This document shows positions 39,000 through 56,800 of a stretch of 64,000 nt of DNA, in pieces. A program made the translations under genes and the position numbers. The DNA lies in contig CM082593.2 of NCBI GenBank assembly GCA_040954595.2, positions 7,228,043 through 7,292,042 of the forward strand, written 5' to 3'. How positions within the stretch are numbered: the stretch's first letter is position 1; each line of letters opens with the position of its first letter. Source of the stretch: Balanoglossus misakiensis (taxonomy: Eukaryota > Animalia > Hemichordata). The notes beneath the pieces were generated by a model that searched no databases, was not told the origin of the DNA, and worked only from the letters and a program-made list of their open reading frames with translations.

Positions 39000-39548
39000 A
39001 AGCCGAGTCCGCCTAATGCGCATGTGTGTGATGTTCGCGTGTACAAACAGTACGTCCAATCCAAATGTTTTTCAAATTTTGCGTTCGACGCATTCAAATA
39101 GTGGACTGCCTTTGCTTCCTTCCATATTTCATGCGCACCGTATAAGTAGACTTAAAGTGTCTATGACATGCTTTGAAAAGTTTTCATTTTTCCCCCGTCA
39201 AAAGCTCACCTAGGATAGGGTACCTATCTTTGCATAGTCTATTGTGTCGGTTCAGAAAAATGTGCGCGAATGTCGGAATTTGCCACCCTTTTTTCATGCC
39301 TGTGATCAGGGAGCCACTTCGCACTCGAGCCAGGCGAAGGTTTTAGCATATGGAATTCAGAAGAATTAGACTTTAGTTGTGTCCCTTCTTTTCATCCAAT
39401 TTGCTGTATTTTCCTGATCTTCGACACAGACTATGGTGGCTGCCATCTTGTCTGTTGTTAGGACAGCACACTGCCTTGTGGCATTGACTGTATACACTTT
39501 TTGTAACCAGAGTCTCTGCTTTGACGGGCAATAAGACAATCGTCACCT
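39000..39548. mobile_element. Interspersed element family 3, inverted, interrupted by an ~200-bp insert
   Basis: 39000-39160 and 39370-39548 are reverse-complementary to the two halves of 44722-45054; ends CACCT|TTAA. Confidence 0.65.
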
Positions 39549-40443
39549 TTAACCAGCTACTTTTCACGCGTGTGTGTGTGTGTGTGTTTTAGGGATGTCA
39601 GGCTTTACAGATACCGTATGACCAGTGTTTGGTGAGATTTTGAGCGCGCGAAGCGTCATGACAGGAAGATGGAAGACAACGATATTCTGGGCATGATGCG
39701 TACATACATCTGTTCTTTCCGAAATATCTATGATCGATCCCATTGTCAGGGTACACGTGCCAAAATACACGTTAATGTCTGGTTAGTACTCCACATGTTT
39801 TGGGAAGTTAACAGAGTAAGCATAGGCATAGAAGACGCCAGTCCCAGAAGGCCATATTTCCAGCTACTGACATGGAGCAACCACGCACATGCGCAGGGGT
39901 AAGGTGCGTCGTATTCGCCTGAACCTCTTCTGCAGTTTAGGCAGAACGTGACTTGGCGACGGATTTTCAGGGGCAAAAAATGACAGTCCCCCAAACCTTT
40001 CCATTCTTTGCCATAATAAAGTGTGTGATGATCCTTTTCGAAAGCAAAGATTTTACAATGAAAATCGCTAATTTACCGTACATTTTCTTCATAGACTTAA
40101 CAGATATTGGTGGCCATTTTGAATTGATAATTTTAGACGCTTTCGCCCTCACATTTAAAATTTTGCACGGTGACCCAAACTTTTATCCTCAATTTTGAGA
40201 GTGAAAGAGGAGAGTCGGTTGAAGACTTTGATTTTCATGGCGCATACTACCTAAATCATTTCATTAAGAAAATCGCCACTGAAAAGTTCATACATTTGTA
40301 CTGTAGAAATACCTTTAATCATATTATTCATAAATATCAAATGTAGACATGACAACTGAAAATACTCAAAATTGGAGTGCATCTTTATTTATTTCCACTG
40401 ATATGATGGAAGTACCATAGCAAGGTGTAAAAGATTTAACAGT

Positions 40444-43400
40444 TTAATTATACAACATGGTGTCTTCGATCCATTCCATGACGCTGGCGACATCGGTGTA
40501 TAAACCTGGTAGGCCAGGCTGTGCACATTTATCACCGGTACGAATGCTTACAACGCCGGAGAGAGTCCATCTCAAGGCGATAGGATCATACCACATCATT
40601 GGACCACCATCATCACCCTAAACGAGATTTAAAAAAAACACAGGATTTTAGTGTGCAATTCTGGCTGCCTTAAATAGGTTTTTACTTCATGCTAGGGGGT
40701 CACATCACATTATAATAATTGCATTCTGGGTAAAAGGTCGACAACTCATTGTAGTGTGAGATAGGAGTATTTTAACTGTATTTCATGACTTCCTTTGGTC
40801 AATCATTTATGTCTTTGTAGTAATGACTCAGTGTCACATAAGCTTAATGAACCTCCATTTCTTAACATGGCAAAATCGGCCATGTTGAAATTGGCGCACT
40901 TACATTACATGCGTCGACGTTGTGTGTTTCATGACCAGCACATAACATACTCGGTTCAAACATTGAGCCGTTGTACAGGGACGCGCTGTTGCAGTGAGCG
41001 TCCGAATACATGTTCACCTTGGCTTGCATAAGGACACTGGTTTCGTCAATGCCGGCGTCCTTGCCTGTAATGAGAGACGGAATTGTGTCAAACAATTGGA
41101 GTCGGTGGGTAGGCAAAAACTGCAATACAAGTTACCTGGCGCATATCCGCGTGTTTGAACGACTGATTTAAGATTTTGGCACACTTAAGCACGCGAGCAA
41201 GAAACGTACGATGTTGCTGTTACTATTCCTTTCAACTGAGAGGTGGGATTAAGAAAACTCAAGGGGCCGAGTGGCCCGGCCATCGAGGCTGACATTTTAG
41301 TACCGGACGAAGAACCCAGCGAACAGGTCGTTTGGGGTTTACAGTTAAACTTACTGTTGGGTGGGATGGTGTCTCCCCAACCAGCGATCCACGTCTCGGT
41401 GTTATTGGCAAAAATGGTGCCCTGGGCTGGCAGGCAGATGTCTTGGGTGTAGTCGTTTATCAAACTCATATTGAGCTTGGTCTTCAGCATGGCAATATTG
41501 TAGTCCTCTTTGAAGAAGCTGAAACCCGGATGGATGTGGATGGCCTCCACGTCGTGCACCGCCTCATATGGATCGGGCTGGTAGTAGTAATGATTTCCGG
41601 TAATGACGTCAAATACGCCGGGATTGACTCTGTCCCTATTTTTGGAAAGTGATGGAACGGCATTTACAACGTTGCAGAGTCATGCTTATAAAAAAAAACT
41701 TCAGTCTGAGCCAACGAAAATGTAAAACATGTCGTTTTAGCTAGAATTTTATTTTAGCTAATTTAGCTAGATGTGTAAATCACCAATTTAAGATGCTGCT
41801 AATTCAAAATTTCCTCTATATTTACCATGGTTAAAGTTTCTTTTTTTAGCTAAATTAAAGGCCTGCTTATTTTACTCAAAATTCAAATTTGCTAAAAAAC
41901 ATGCGGCTAATTCAACGTGTTTGACCGTATGATTTCCGGTAATGACCTCAGCTAGATCTCGTGAGAATAGCATTAGTAGAGCTAGATCACGTGAGAATAG
42001 GATTATTGCCATAGCAACGGGTTGCTAGCCAAGTAATACAAGTCAAGAATACACATAGCTGCGGAGTGAACACAGATTGTAACTTTTGTACCGTTCAACA
42101 CGATGGGCCATGCATGTGTTCGTCTTGTGTCACATAAGAATGTCTTCCCATATAAACATCCTCTTGCCACCCGAGATCTCGCAAGGTCTCGCGGAGTTCA
42201 GAAAAGTGCCTATTGCTGCATGGCGCGGCCGCGCGTGGGGTCCAGTGCCGCGCATGCTCTGGAGGTATCACACTACCGAGAGACTAGCGAAAATGTCGCG
42301 ATATGGGAGCTTTCAAGAGTACTGTCAACAGCTATACGTCGACTTGGAAGTCATACTTACAAGAATACGCAATGGGCAGCGGTGATCAGCCATCTTGAGG
42401 CAACAATGGTGGCGCCACAGGCGTGACTGTACATTCTTTGGATGGCAGCCTGTGTGATGACAAGTCAACGGTAAAATATGTGGAGACTAGCTTCCTTATT
42501 ACGTCACAACCCCCCCCCACCAAAACAACAACAACAACAACAACTACACGAATAGCTCGCTTTATGTTACTCAAGGAATATTGTTCCAGACCACAACATC
42601 TTAAAGGGAGCGACGATTTGGCAGAATATGGACCAGCCGTAGGTTTTCATGGCACATGAATTCTTACAAAATTGTGACCATTTGCGGTCGATATGTCACG
42701 TTTTAAAACAGCGAACAGGAAAGACCCTACATGATATCTGCGTTAAGTTTTTGGTTTTGTTATCAAGTATTGTTAATTATGTGGGTGCCCAGTACAATAT
42801 AGAAAATGGTCATCATCCTGTCAGATGATAAAATGTTTCGCCGTTTCAGTACCTGCATATCATGGAATCATTAAAAACCGTTCCCGAACACAATTCAATT
42901 GGGTTTTTCTCCAATATTTCAGGAGGGGGGGGGGGAGACCCGCTCACTTACCACGTAAGGCCAGCTACCTGGTACTGCCTCCCAGCCGTCGACAACCTTC
43001 ACTGAGTAGTTTGGCAGGTATGGCTCTGTCAGATTTGGCTGTATGGTGGGAAGACCACACTCGGCTGAATTGCCTGGGAAGGTGATATAAAAAGGGGGGA
43101 TGTAAATATACGTGTACACTACGGCGCTGTGTTCTTGGCGATGCATGCACCCACTACTCGAAGTCCACTAACTTCATCTATACCAGGAAGATTCGATGCT
43201 TGCGGGGATTTCACATTGAAAGAGCAGTAATCTGTCGTTTGAAGTGCACCTGCAGTCTACGTTGCAACTCGATTTTCATAGCTTACTCCCAATGGCCAAA
43301 CGTTACGCGAATGTTAAGTGCAGCTATCAACAATATGTGGGATTTACAGAGACACGCACGTTGAATAAATGAACGGACTCGCAATATGGTCGTCATTCTC

Positions 43401-45799
43401 CACATATATAATTTTAATCTAGCTAAGGAGTCTGACCGATACTCTATACTAGTCTATACATAATGTATATATGTATATATATCGGTAGACCGTGGTCAGA
43501 GTCCTTAGATAGGTTAAAATTATCCACATAGAGTCTGCTTGGAGAATGTATGTTCATATTTGCGCTCCAAAGCAATCGTCGGAACGAATGTACAAGGGTA
43601 AAATCATCAATTAAGTGCATACTTGGGCAGTCTTGCTCATCTTCGCCGGTGGGGCAATCTGGATTTCCGTCGCAGCGCTGGCTGATTGGGATACAGTAGC
43701 CGTTGACGTCATCGCCACAGAGGTATTCGGTTTGTTCGCCACAGTCAACTGCGGGGAGAAGAGTGGAAGAAGTACACTGAAATGCTGTTGAGAAACACTG
43801 GGGGGGGGCAACAAACTTTAAGATATTCGATCGTGATGCAGTGCGCAAAACGTGGGTTTCGTAAAAAAAAAATAACACACAACAACAACAGCAGTTCTGT
43901 TGTGAATTGACTGTGGTCTCGTGGTTGAACTATGACGCGTCGTTATATTATAGTTTGTAGACATGAACCAGTACAGTGACTGTACGTTTTGGCTGGAAAG
44001 TTTCAATACATTTTGACACGGGACTATCGCTAAGAGAGAAGTCGAATTATGAAGTCAATTGACATTATTGGCTCATATCTCTCAGTTGAAGCCAGATCTC
44101 GCTGAGGCGAATCAATGCTGGCGAGCTTTCACCAAATTTGATCGCGAACGTTTGCATTTGATATTACTGGTTGAAACGTGTATTCAATATGCAAATTCAA
44201 TATGCAAATCACAGTGAGAGTTGGTCGTCAGAGCGCTTACTTGGCTGATCACGGGTGGACCATATAAGGTTGAATCCGCCGTACTGCACGCTGGCGTCTG
44301 ACCGGAAGTGCACTGTCATGTAATTGGATGATGAAACTGTGGGGTTGGGGATGGAGTGGCCGCACATCTTCCTCAGTATGGGGAAAGTGTCGTCGGTACC
44401 ATCGTAGGCTGTTACACTGTCGTACACACAGTTGACGGCGCCCTCCACGGCAAAGTCAGTGAAGTCGATTTGGATAACCTGTACACGACAAAGCGTCACA
44501 ATTTCATTTGTATGCTGATTATAGCTCAAAGAGGTGACCAAATCGAAGAAAATAGCCCCCACGTGGGTTGCTTTCCTTGCTTACATATATTTTCAGTTGA
44601 AAGTCAAGACGATATATATATATAAAAAACAACGAACAAACGAAAACAGACGGAGTCACAAACGGTTGGACTGACATGCCGACTGACTGACAGACAAGAG
44701 ATACGTAGAAATACACTTTAAAGGGCAGCGATCGTCTTATGCGCATGTGCCAAACCTGAGACTCTTGGTTACAAAAAATGGTATACAGTCAATGCCGTAA
44801 GGCAGTATGCTGTCCTAACAACAGACAAGGTGGCGGCGGCCATAGTCGGGGGATCGGGGAAAAGGCAGCAAATTGCGTGAAAAGAAGGGACAAAACTAAA
44901 GTCTAATGATAAGGTACGCAACAAATATGTAAGGACGCGAAGGCAGTCCACTATTTGGATGCGCCCAACGCAAAATTGGCAGAACATTTGGATTGGACGT
45001 TGTAATGTTTGTCCACACGAAATTACGCACATGCGCATAAGATGATCGTCGGCCTAATAGTCTTTGAAGAATTCTTTGTCTTACCTGTTGTCCCACAGCA
45101 GACGTTTCAATAACCCAGTCACAGAAGGAATTGGGGTCGTATCTGGCGTTAGGATCTACCGGGTCATAGTTCATAGACGAAAATGTACCATCGTAGCCGA
45201 GTTGAAAATGATCACTACCGCATCCAGAATCTTGACATCAAAACATAGAAATGTTATTACTATAGTTACAGACTGAAACTCATCGTACTACACAGTAAGA
45301 GTGATCCGCATGCGCAGCCATCCTACAATTCACAGCGACACGTTAAATTATCTTTGAACAGCCATATGGTATATTTTGTTTTGTTTTGCAGAAAAAGAAC
45401 GACTTCGCATCAATGAAATAAAGCGTCTGGTGTAACCACCGCTCGCTCTCAAATTGAATTAGGTCTTGAAAATTAATACATGTGTTGCCGCTATTTGGTA
45501 AACGAAATGTTTGCAACGTGTCTTTGGAATGAAACATCAAAACGTTTTACATTTTTGGTACTTTTGACTTGCCGTATAAAGACACAGTAACTTCAGCAAC
45601 TGTGGCTGGTTCCAATGTCGAAATTTATCCGAGAGCTTCAAGATATGTTGTAGACTGGTGATATTTCCAATAAACATTCTAACTCACAAGCGAGAGAGAA
45701 GAGGAAAGTGGTTATGTAAAGGCATTTGAAAATATACGCACCTCTCTGTTGGCCGAAAGCCACCGCTATCAGCGCAAACAAAATGGCACACCGCGACAT
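40444..45799 (-). CDS. Secreted CUB-LDLa-trypsin-fold serine protease homolog, copy D (H/N/D triad, predicted non-proteolytic), about 464 aa
   Basis: Exons: 45799-45742 (MSRCAILFALIAVAFGQQR), 45230-45085, 44478-44241, 43748-43623, 43073-42952, 42449-42361, 41635-41355, 41064-40904, 40617-40444; intact frame. Motifs: SVK|VVDG, TAAHC, DYNIAM, DACNGDDGGP, GVVSIR. Confidence 0.9.
44722..45054. mobile_element. TTAA-type element, family 3 (near-complete copy)
   Basis: TTAA|AGGGCAGCGATCGTCTTATGCGCATGTGC...GCACATGCGCATAAGATGATCGTCGGCC: long TIRs. Confidence 0.75.
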
Positions 45800-45865
45800 G
45801 GTTATCAGACGATTGTTGCTTGCTGTCTTCTCTAATTGTGGGGCTCTATCGGTGGGATATGTCGA

Positions 45866-45898
45866 ATTTATACGCTGCCCCCGCTACCGTGTGAGAAA
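45866..45898 (-). promoter_or_regulatory. Promoter of copy D: CSL/RBPJ-like site and TATA box
   Basis: Minus strand TTTCTCACAC (GTGAGAA core) about 92 bp upstream of ATG, then TATAAAT. Confidence 0.5.
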
Positions 45899-48629
45899 TC
45901 ACAAAACACCACATTGCGATTTTCATTTATCATATCCGTTTGACGTATGTGTTTATCGCGAGACTATACACATGTACACGAGACGGTATATCTTGATTCG
46001 TGTCGCAGATATCATTAGCGGGTGAATCCGATGCACTGGACGCGTGACTGGGTCATATTTCAGAAAGCCGGTGAACTATTTTTTGTTTACTGTTTAATGA
46101 AATGAACATTTAGTGTTTGCGTTAATGCAAATTGTCCATAGTCTGTTACCACTTCAAAAGACTCGCGAAGTTGTGACATCCATTGTTGTGGAAATTTCTG
46201 AACACGTGTTGAAAAAAAAGTTTCTGAAAGCACGAGAAATCGTTCAACACTGGTGACGGTTTGTTTATCATTAATCAAGGTCCTTCAGAGGACAGGCGGA
46301 ACGACGTACTGATATGAATGATGTTATCTCTTGGCTATTGGTCTAACTGCATGTACACGAAATGAAAAAAAAAACTGATCATGAAAATAAAATTGCGGGT
46401 GGTGCGCCGTAATATTAGGACACCCGATAGGAGGGTCGTTTGAATCTTTCCACCTTTTCTGTTAACTAGGGGACGGTGACAAAAGTACTCCGTGATGTTG
46501 TTTATTAATTCTGGGGGAGGGACGAAAGTGAACGTTCCCCGCGGCCCAGAGTCAAGTCCTGCCCCCGTTTATCAAGTGGCTCATTCACGCCACTTTCTGT
46601 ATTATGTGAGAAATTTTTACTATGAAAAATATTAAAGTGTATGCACGTTGCAAAGTGAAATTCCATGACAGAAGACAGCCATTCACATCGCTTGATATCG
46701 CCAACCTACTATCGTGTATATTTAGTTTATCTGCACAATCCAACCCAGCCGCCAAGGCTGGGCAGTGTCCCCGAAAATGTGTTATTCCTTGTTGTCTTTG
46801 AAAAAAGTGCACACGCGTGGTGCGTCATTGCAGTCAGGTGCTAGAACACGTGCAAGTTGAAGTTGGCCTAAAGAATTAATTATTGACACATTCTGTCGTT
46901 ATCCGTCTGCTGGCCTGCTATTGGCCAGTTAAAGGAATACGTCATTGTTTCCCCTGTGTGGTTGACACCTGTTATTTGACGTAGCATGGTCACCATGTGA
47001 TGTCTGGAGCGCCAATGACAATTACACACAGCACGGTTTGTACAAAAAGTTTATACACACATCACCACCGTGTTTTGCGCCTTTTCTCAGTTCCGGGGGA
47101 GACTGACGTCATGCTGTTATCCAAATGTGGCAAGTCATGCTTTTTGTAACACAGATAATTGACAGATGGTTCGACCGCATTGCATATCTGTGTTTGCTTC
47201 TCTTCGCGTGTGCGCAGGCGCGGATCATTTCCCACCAACAGCTGTTAATTTCCGAAATGCCACCTTTACAGTCAAACCTGAGTACTATTACTGATGACGC
47301 GCTGGGTGAGCAACAGCAACGCCCCCCCCCCTCACAAAGTAATTTAATGAACCATTGCACAGAATAGTAAATGAGTTTCAATCAAATGAAATTGTGAGTG
47401 AAAATACTTATTAATATCATGTTCAACAATTTTGCCTTTAACTTTATAAGTACATCATATAATCACAATGCTTAGACATTTCTGTTTAAAATAGCTGTAC
47501 GTTTATGGTCACGCTTCTTAGACATTTCTTATGGTTGTAAATGTAATAACTGTTTTTGAGGGCACGGTGCGACTACTGTCATCGAAGAAAAAATGCAAAT
47601 AGTAGAATTACCCACAAATCACAGCGGTGCTATATCTCATAATCACGTTAGCAATTCCGCTAACAGAACATATTTTGACTTAATTTCGTCCAGGTTAAAC
47701 GTGGGGTAGCAGTAGAAAGACTGGCGACCTTTTCCTTATCATCGCTCTAAATTCAAATCAATGCCCTTGAAAATCTAAAAAAATAAAGAAGCGTTTGATA
47801 ACAGATATCTTTTGCCGTCGTAAACTCACCAAAGCTTTCTAAGTTACAGGCCTGTCAGTGTAGTTTGTTTTCTCCGTCCGCAGCGGTTATGCTTGGACGA
47901 AGCGCGGGAACACTGTACACACATATTACAGCCGTACAAACTCCGCCAACAAATCCAGTTCAATTACTTTGCTGTCACGATTTACCTTAGCAGCTCACAA
48001 AGTTTCCACAGCGCATCCTATATAGTCAGACGGCCGCGTACATTATCCGTTTAAATATGGTATATATTTATGTGTATCCAAAAGATTGTCCCCGTCAAAT
48101 AGCCATGGAATTACGGAAGAGACAAATCACCCGGTCAGGGGGATTGGAGAGGCTTATAAAGGACATTTATATAGCGACAGGCCTTTTCATAAGTCCCCAA
48201 GCAAGCCAAAGCAATAATTCTCTGATAGCTATATTTAGTTGTTGTCCATTATTTTTCAGTATTACACGTTTTTTAACTCGAAATAACAGGCTGCGATTGC
48301 TCCTAGAGGCGTTTATCGCAATATTCTTCCATATTTTACGAAAAGAACATGACTAGTTTCATCCGTTAGAGATAATGGCGCGCCCAGCGGAGCTTTATCT
48401 CGCAGAACGGTTCCGGTGGCAAACATGAATATTCATGTCACCGGTTTATTCTCGTCCAGGCAGTCGATGGCCGGATATCATCCCATACGATAACATATCT
48501 TTTAATCTTGGAAAACAGGGTTAGACCCAAAACTAACGTTCAGCAACATGGTTTCTGGCTCACCACAGCTATTTTGCGTTTTATGCGTAAACGACCATGT
48601 GCTCAGGCCTAATGTTCACTCACTTCCGA

Positions 48630-48849
48630 GCACAACTTTCATCCTGTTTGTAGGATGAGAGTAAATCCCGCCAAAATGAATAAATGGTAAACAGCGATTA
48701 TTTATTTTGGCGAGTGTTTCAAGTTGGATGGAAGATGTGTGTGGTCAAACGTTGATTCACTATATATCCACATGTAGAATAACATAAACGGTGTATTGTA
48801 TCAAATATAATTAATGGAAAAAGGGCAGCGAGAGAGAGACACTGTCCCT
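48630..48849. mobile_element. TTAA-flanked MITE, family 2 (5'-degenerate)
   Basis: Right end GGAAAAAGGGCAGCGAGAGAGAGACACTGTCCCT|TTAA; body matches 2522-2761. Confidence 0.7.
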
Positions 48850-49618
48850 TTAATAAATCAAGCCATTTTGATGCACCAGTAACCACTCAGTCTAACAGTT
48901 TTCAAGAAAATCCAATCAGTCATTCTTCAGACAAAACTAACTTGTTAAAGCAATTAATTATGTAAATGAGACCTAAACATGAAAGCCACAACTACCAGTC
49001 ACTAAAAGTGTAGTTAATACACTACAACATCATCGTACCAACTTTCTGGTTAATCCAACAAGCTGTACTCCATTGGAGAATTGACCTCGTTATCTTATGA
49101 TTACGCATATTCTAAGAAGCCCCCAAAGCTGACCATGAGATTCTATCTAGTTTTCAAGAAATTAGTGAATGGACTGTCAGAAATAAAAGCATGTGATATT
49201 CATGCATATTAAAGGGAAGCGGTCGTTTGAATTGCGCATGTGCGACGCCGTACATTGGCACTGATGTGAATCCATCTGTATGGACAACAGAAACAGTAAC
49301 CCGGATGCAGTATCACAAATTCGAGATTGAAATCTAAGGCGCATGCACAGTCTGTTTGAAACAAACTTGAACATAACACAAGAACCGTCCAGATTGTAAG
49401 GTTTCAATAAAGATTTTTGTTTACATCACAGGTGTACATGTTTGAAATGACACAAGGGGGGGGGGGGCGGGGAAAGAACAATAATTGTCACAAACAGATG
49501 ATATGAGGTCAGTGTTAGGATTTACTTTCACAGTGCAATGAAAATTACAGTGCAATCCAGATCACGGTTTATAATTGCAAAGAATCATGTATGGGTTGGT
49601 TTGCCATCTAATTCCCCA

Positions 49619-53820
<4,202 letters not shown>

Positions 53821-56800
53821 GTCGAAAGTTATACAGCTGAACCGTGTATTAAACGTGTCCGTCGCAAACTTTAATTTCGTACTCGTCGAAGCTGGGGCCC
53901 TAGCCGCTACTACGCAAGCTTATGATAACACAAAATGTGACGTATTGTCTACGATACCTGGTGTTATCATTTCTGAAACGCGAGCAGATGTTATGTTGAC
54001 GCCCTTTTCGGTGCAGAGCAACTAGAGACTTTGCCCAGTGCTACGAGCAGACATATAATGCTCCCCCACTACCCCATTTTCGAGTTTAAATTATTTTCGA
54101 TTTCTAAAGACATCTGATTGTGTACTTTCTTGGTGATAATTAATCTTGTTAATTTATCTAACTATGGCGTTAGCGACCTGGCTGTCAACCTTTATTGAAA
54201 AGTAAGGACAAACTTTATGCAAATTTGCCTGATGACGGTCATGTTGCTTTCCTCTCACCGCTTCCCATAAATAAATATTATTAAAACGATTTATTTTATT
54301 TCCACTGTAATATCTCTTGGATAACTTCGATATAATTTACTAAAATGTCGAAAACTATATGATGAAGTCGATGTGGATGTAATGGCCGGCCCTGCCCCGT
54401 GAGAGCTCACATTGAAGAAGACCAAGCAGACGACGACCTACCGGTAGTCACTAGGTCAAAGTGCCATGACCAATGATTGCGTATTTTGTCTCAGGTCATG
54501 TGACAAATCATGTCACGTCACGTGATATTGCTAGGCTGATTATGAGTCCAGATCTGGTCATTTCTCTTTGAGTGGTGTATACATGTAGTTCCATGGTTTT
54601 AAATATAAATGCATAGAGTGTGAAATAAAAGGTTGGCTTGTCCCGAGAACATGAACGCACCTGTCCTAAAACGTCCCGTATCAATTGCGGGTAGTTAATA
54701 TCACAATTCCGATTCACCGCATTTCGGATAGCATGTATTTTTACAACTCTAATCAAAATGGGTTTATCTGTAGAGTTAAGAGATATGAAGAGTATGATTA
54801 TGGCCATCTGACAGTGCACTGGCTTGGTGCAGAACGTACCGGTGCTTACCAGAACTTACAATCTGTGATGCCTGTCTATAGCTACAAATTGTAATGACGT
54901 TTGGTGTTGTTGATGCTGTAACTGCTAATAAAGTGACCATTAATTATAATTAAAAATACGTTTCACAAAATTGATAACTACTGGAGAATGGATCGGTAAC
55001 TCATATATGTAACTACCGGTAAAAGGCGAACTCGAAAAAAAAAGTCTACAATGAAATGTGGCATAAGATCGTGCGTCCTCGCGTCACGTGATATTTAAAT
55101 TTCGTCTAAAATCGCAAGTCATGGCGTGCATTGCGTGATAATGGTACATAAATTGCTCTGTTTCAGCGATATCTGAATATTAGTAAAGTAACTATGTGTC
55201 CTGCACTGACCTTTGGGAACTGACCTAAGTTTTTTTAAGCGAGATTAAAATTTGGTGATAAACCTGATAAAATGGGTTGATTAACACAGGTACAAACATG
55301 CAAACGTCATTTACACATGGCGGTCTCTCCCCGGATCCCAAAGCTGAATTTATCACTTTATCAGTTGACTTAGATCTACCGTCATATTTGTGGCTCAATC
55401 ATTATCTGCATTGTCAGTTAAAATTGACAAAGTTTGACCCAAATTCTCTCGAAACGTGTCCGCTCTCACACAAATCAATGTGGCGGCGGGGTCAGTCAAC
55501 GTCGTAGGCGGCGCTACACAAGTCTCTTAACACCCGACTCGGTGCGATCGGGCGATGCAATTTGATGCTGTTCCCGCGTAAATTGGATAAGAGTAGTTCT
55601 AGTTAAATTACCCCTATGGATACTTTGGGTGTCATTGAAGAGTTGGAAATTAAAAACCACGACGACACGATATTTTTAAAGTGAAGAGAGTCACGAATTA
55701 TCAAGGGGAAGTCGTTTTTCGTCTTTTAAGTATGCTGTTTTGAGTCTGTGTCACGTGGCTGATAATGTGATTTTTTTTTACCTTGTGGTGGTGGTACTCT
55801 ACAGGAGAAATGGATGTCCATGCTCGAGTCGCAAAATTATCTAGATACCAATTTTTCGAGACTAGCCAACATAAAAAGGGCATGTTTTGAGAAATATGGG
55901 AGGGAAATAAGACTATAAGACCCCCCCCCCCCTCCAATTTACAAAAGCTATCGGAGGGAGAAGTGTCGTCAAATACAGTTAGAGCAATCTCAATCCTGAC
56001 TAGAGCAATAACATTGCTGTTCTAGCATGCTTCGATACACAACTCAAAAACACGGATCAGGCATTATCACGTGAGCACACTCACGAGTAATTAACATATG
56101 CCTATATATGGTTAAAGGGAGAATCTAGCATGATACTATAATGACCGTGTGATGGCGCACATTTGTCTCGCGTGTCCACCTTAGTGAAAATCTGTGATTG
56201 GTTACCGTGGTAACTGTGGTGAAATCATACCTTTAACTTTGCACAATATGTTGCTTTCAAGTGATTGTGGGTACATATGAGCAGTTACATCGTTGACATT
56301 ATAGATACATTTAATGAGATTAAACACAGAGAGGTCAAAACTCCGAAAATACTAATTATGGCACACAGCTGTTTGTTTTATTAATGTCAAAAGGCAAGGC
56401 AAAAGAAGGTCATTAATGTATAAGCTTTCATTTTGGAGCTCACAAATAACAGGATGTTGAATTTTCCCCAAGGTTACTACAAGGATAATTTTATAATGCA
56501 GCCGGATTTAATTTGTGAAATGGGATATTACACAACCGGGGTTTTGTTCTGTAACAAGACACACAACAAAAGCAACACTTATACGTATGTACTCATTATC
56601 TCAGGGTTTCCCCTGATTGCCCATACATGTACTATGCCCATATATGTACGTGCCTTTCTAAATCCACCCACTTAGTTTTAATGTGTACATATCGCAGACG
56701 TACTTGGCGGTAATATACCGTGTGGCTGACACAGTCATTAGAATCCGTATAAATTACCACGCAGTGAAAGAAATATGAAACGAGAAAGTGTGATCGTGAT

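Noticed and set aside
16552-45799. Calling copies A-D pseudogenes
   Set aside because: All have a signal peptide, nine in-phase exons, canonical splice sites, conserved cysteines and no stops; they are pseudoenzymes, not pseudogenes.
47825-47900. Minus-strand donor-like TTG|GTGAGT as exon 1 of copy D
   Set aside because: No signal-peptide frame; the true exon 1 with TATA and signal peptide is at 45799-45742.
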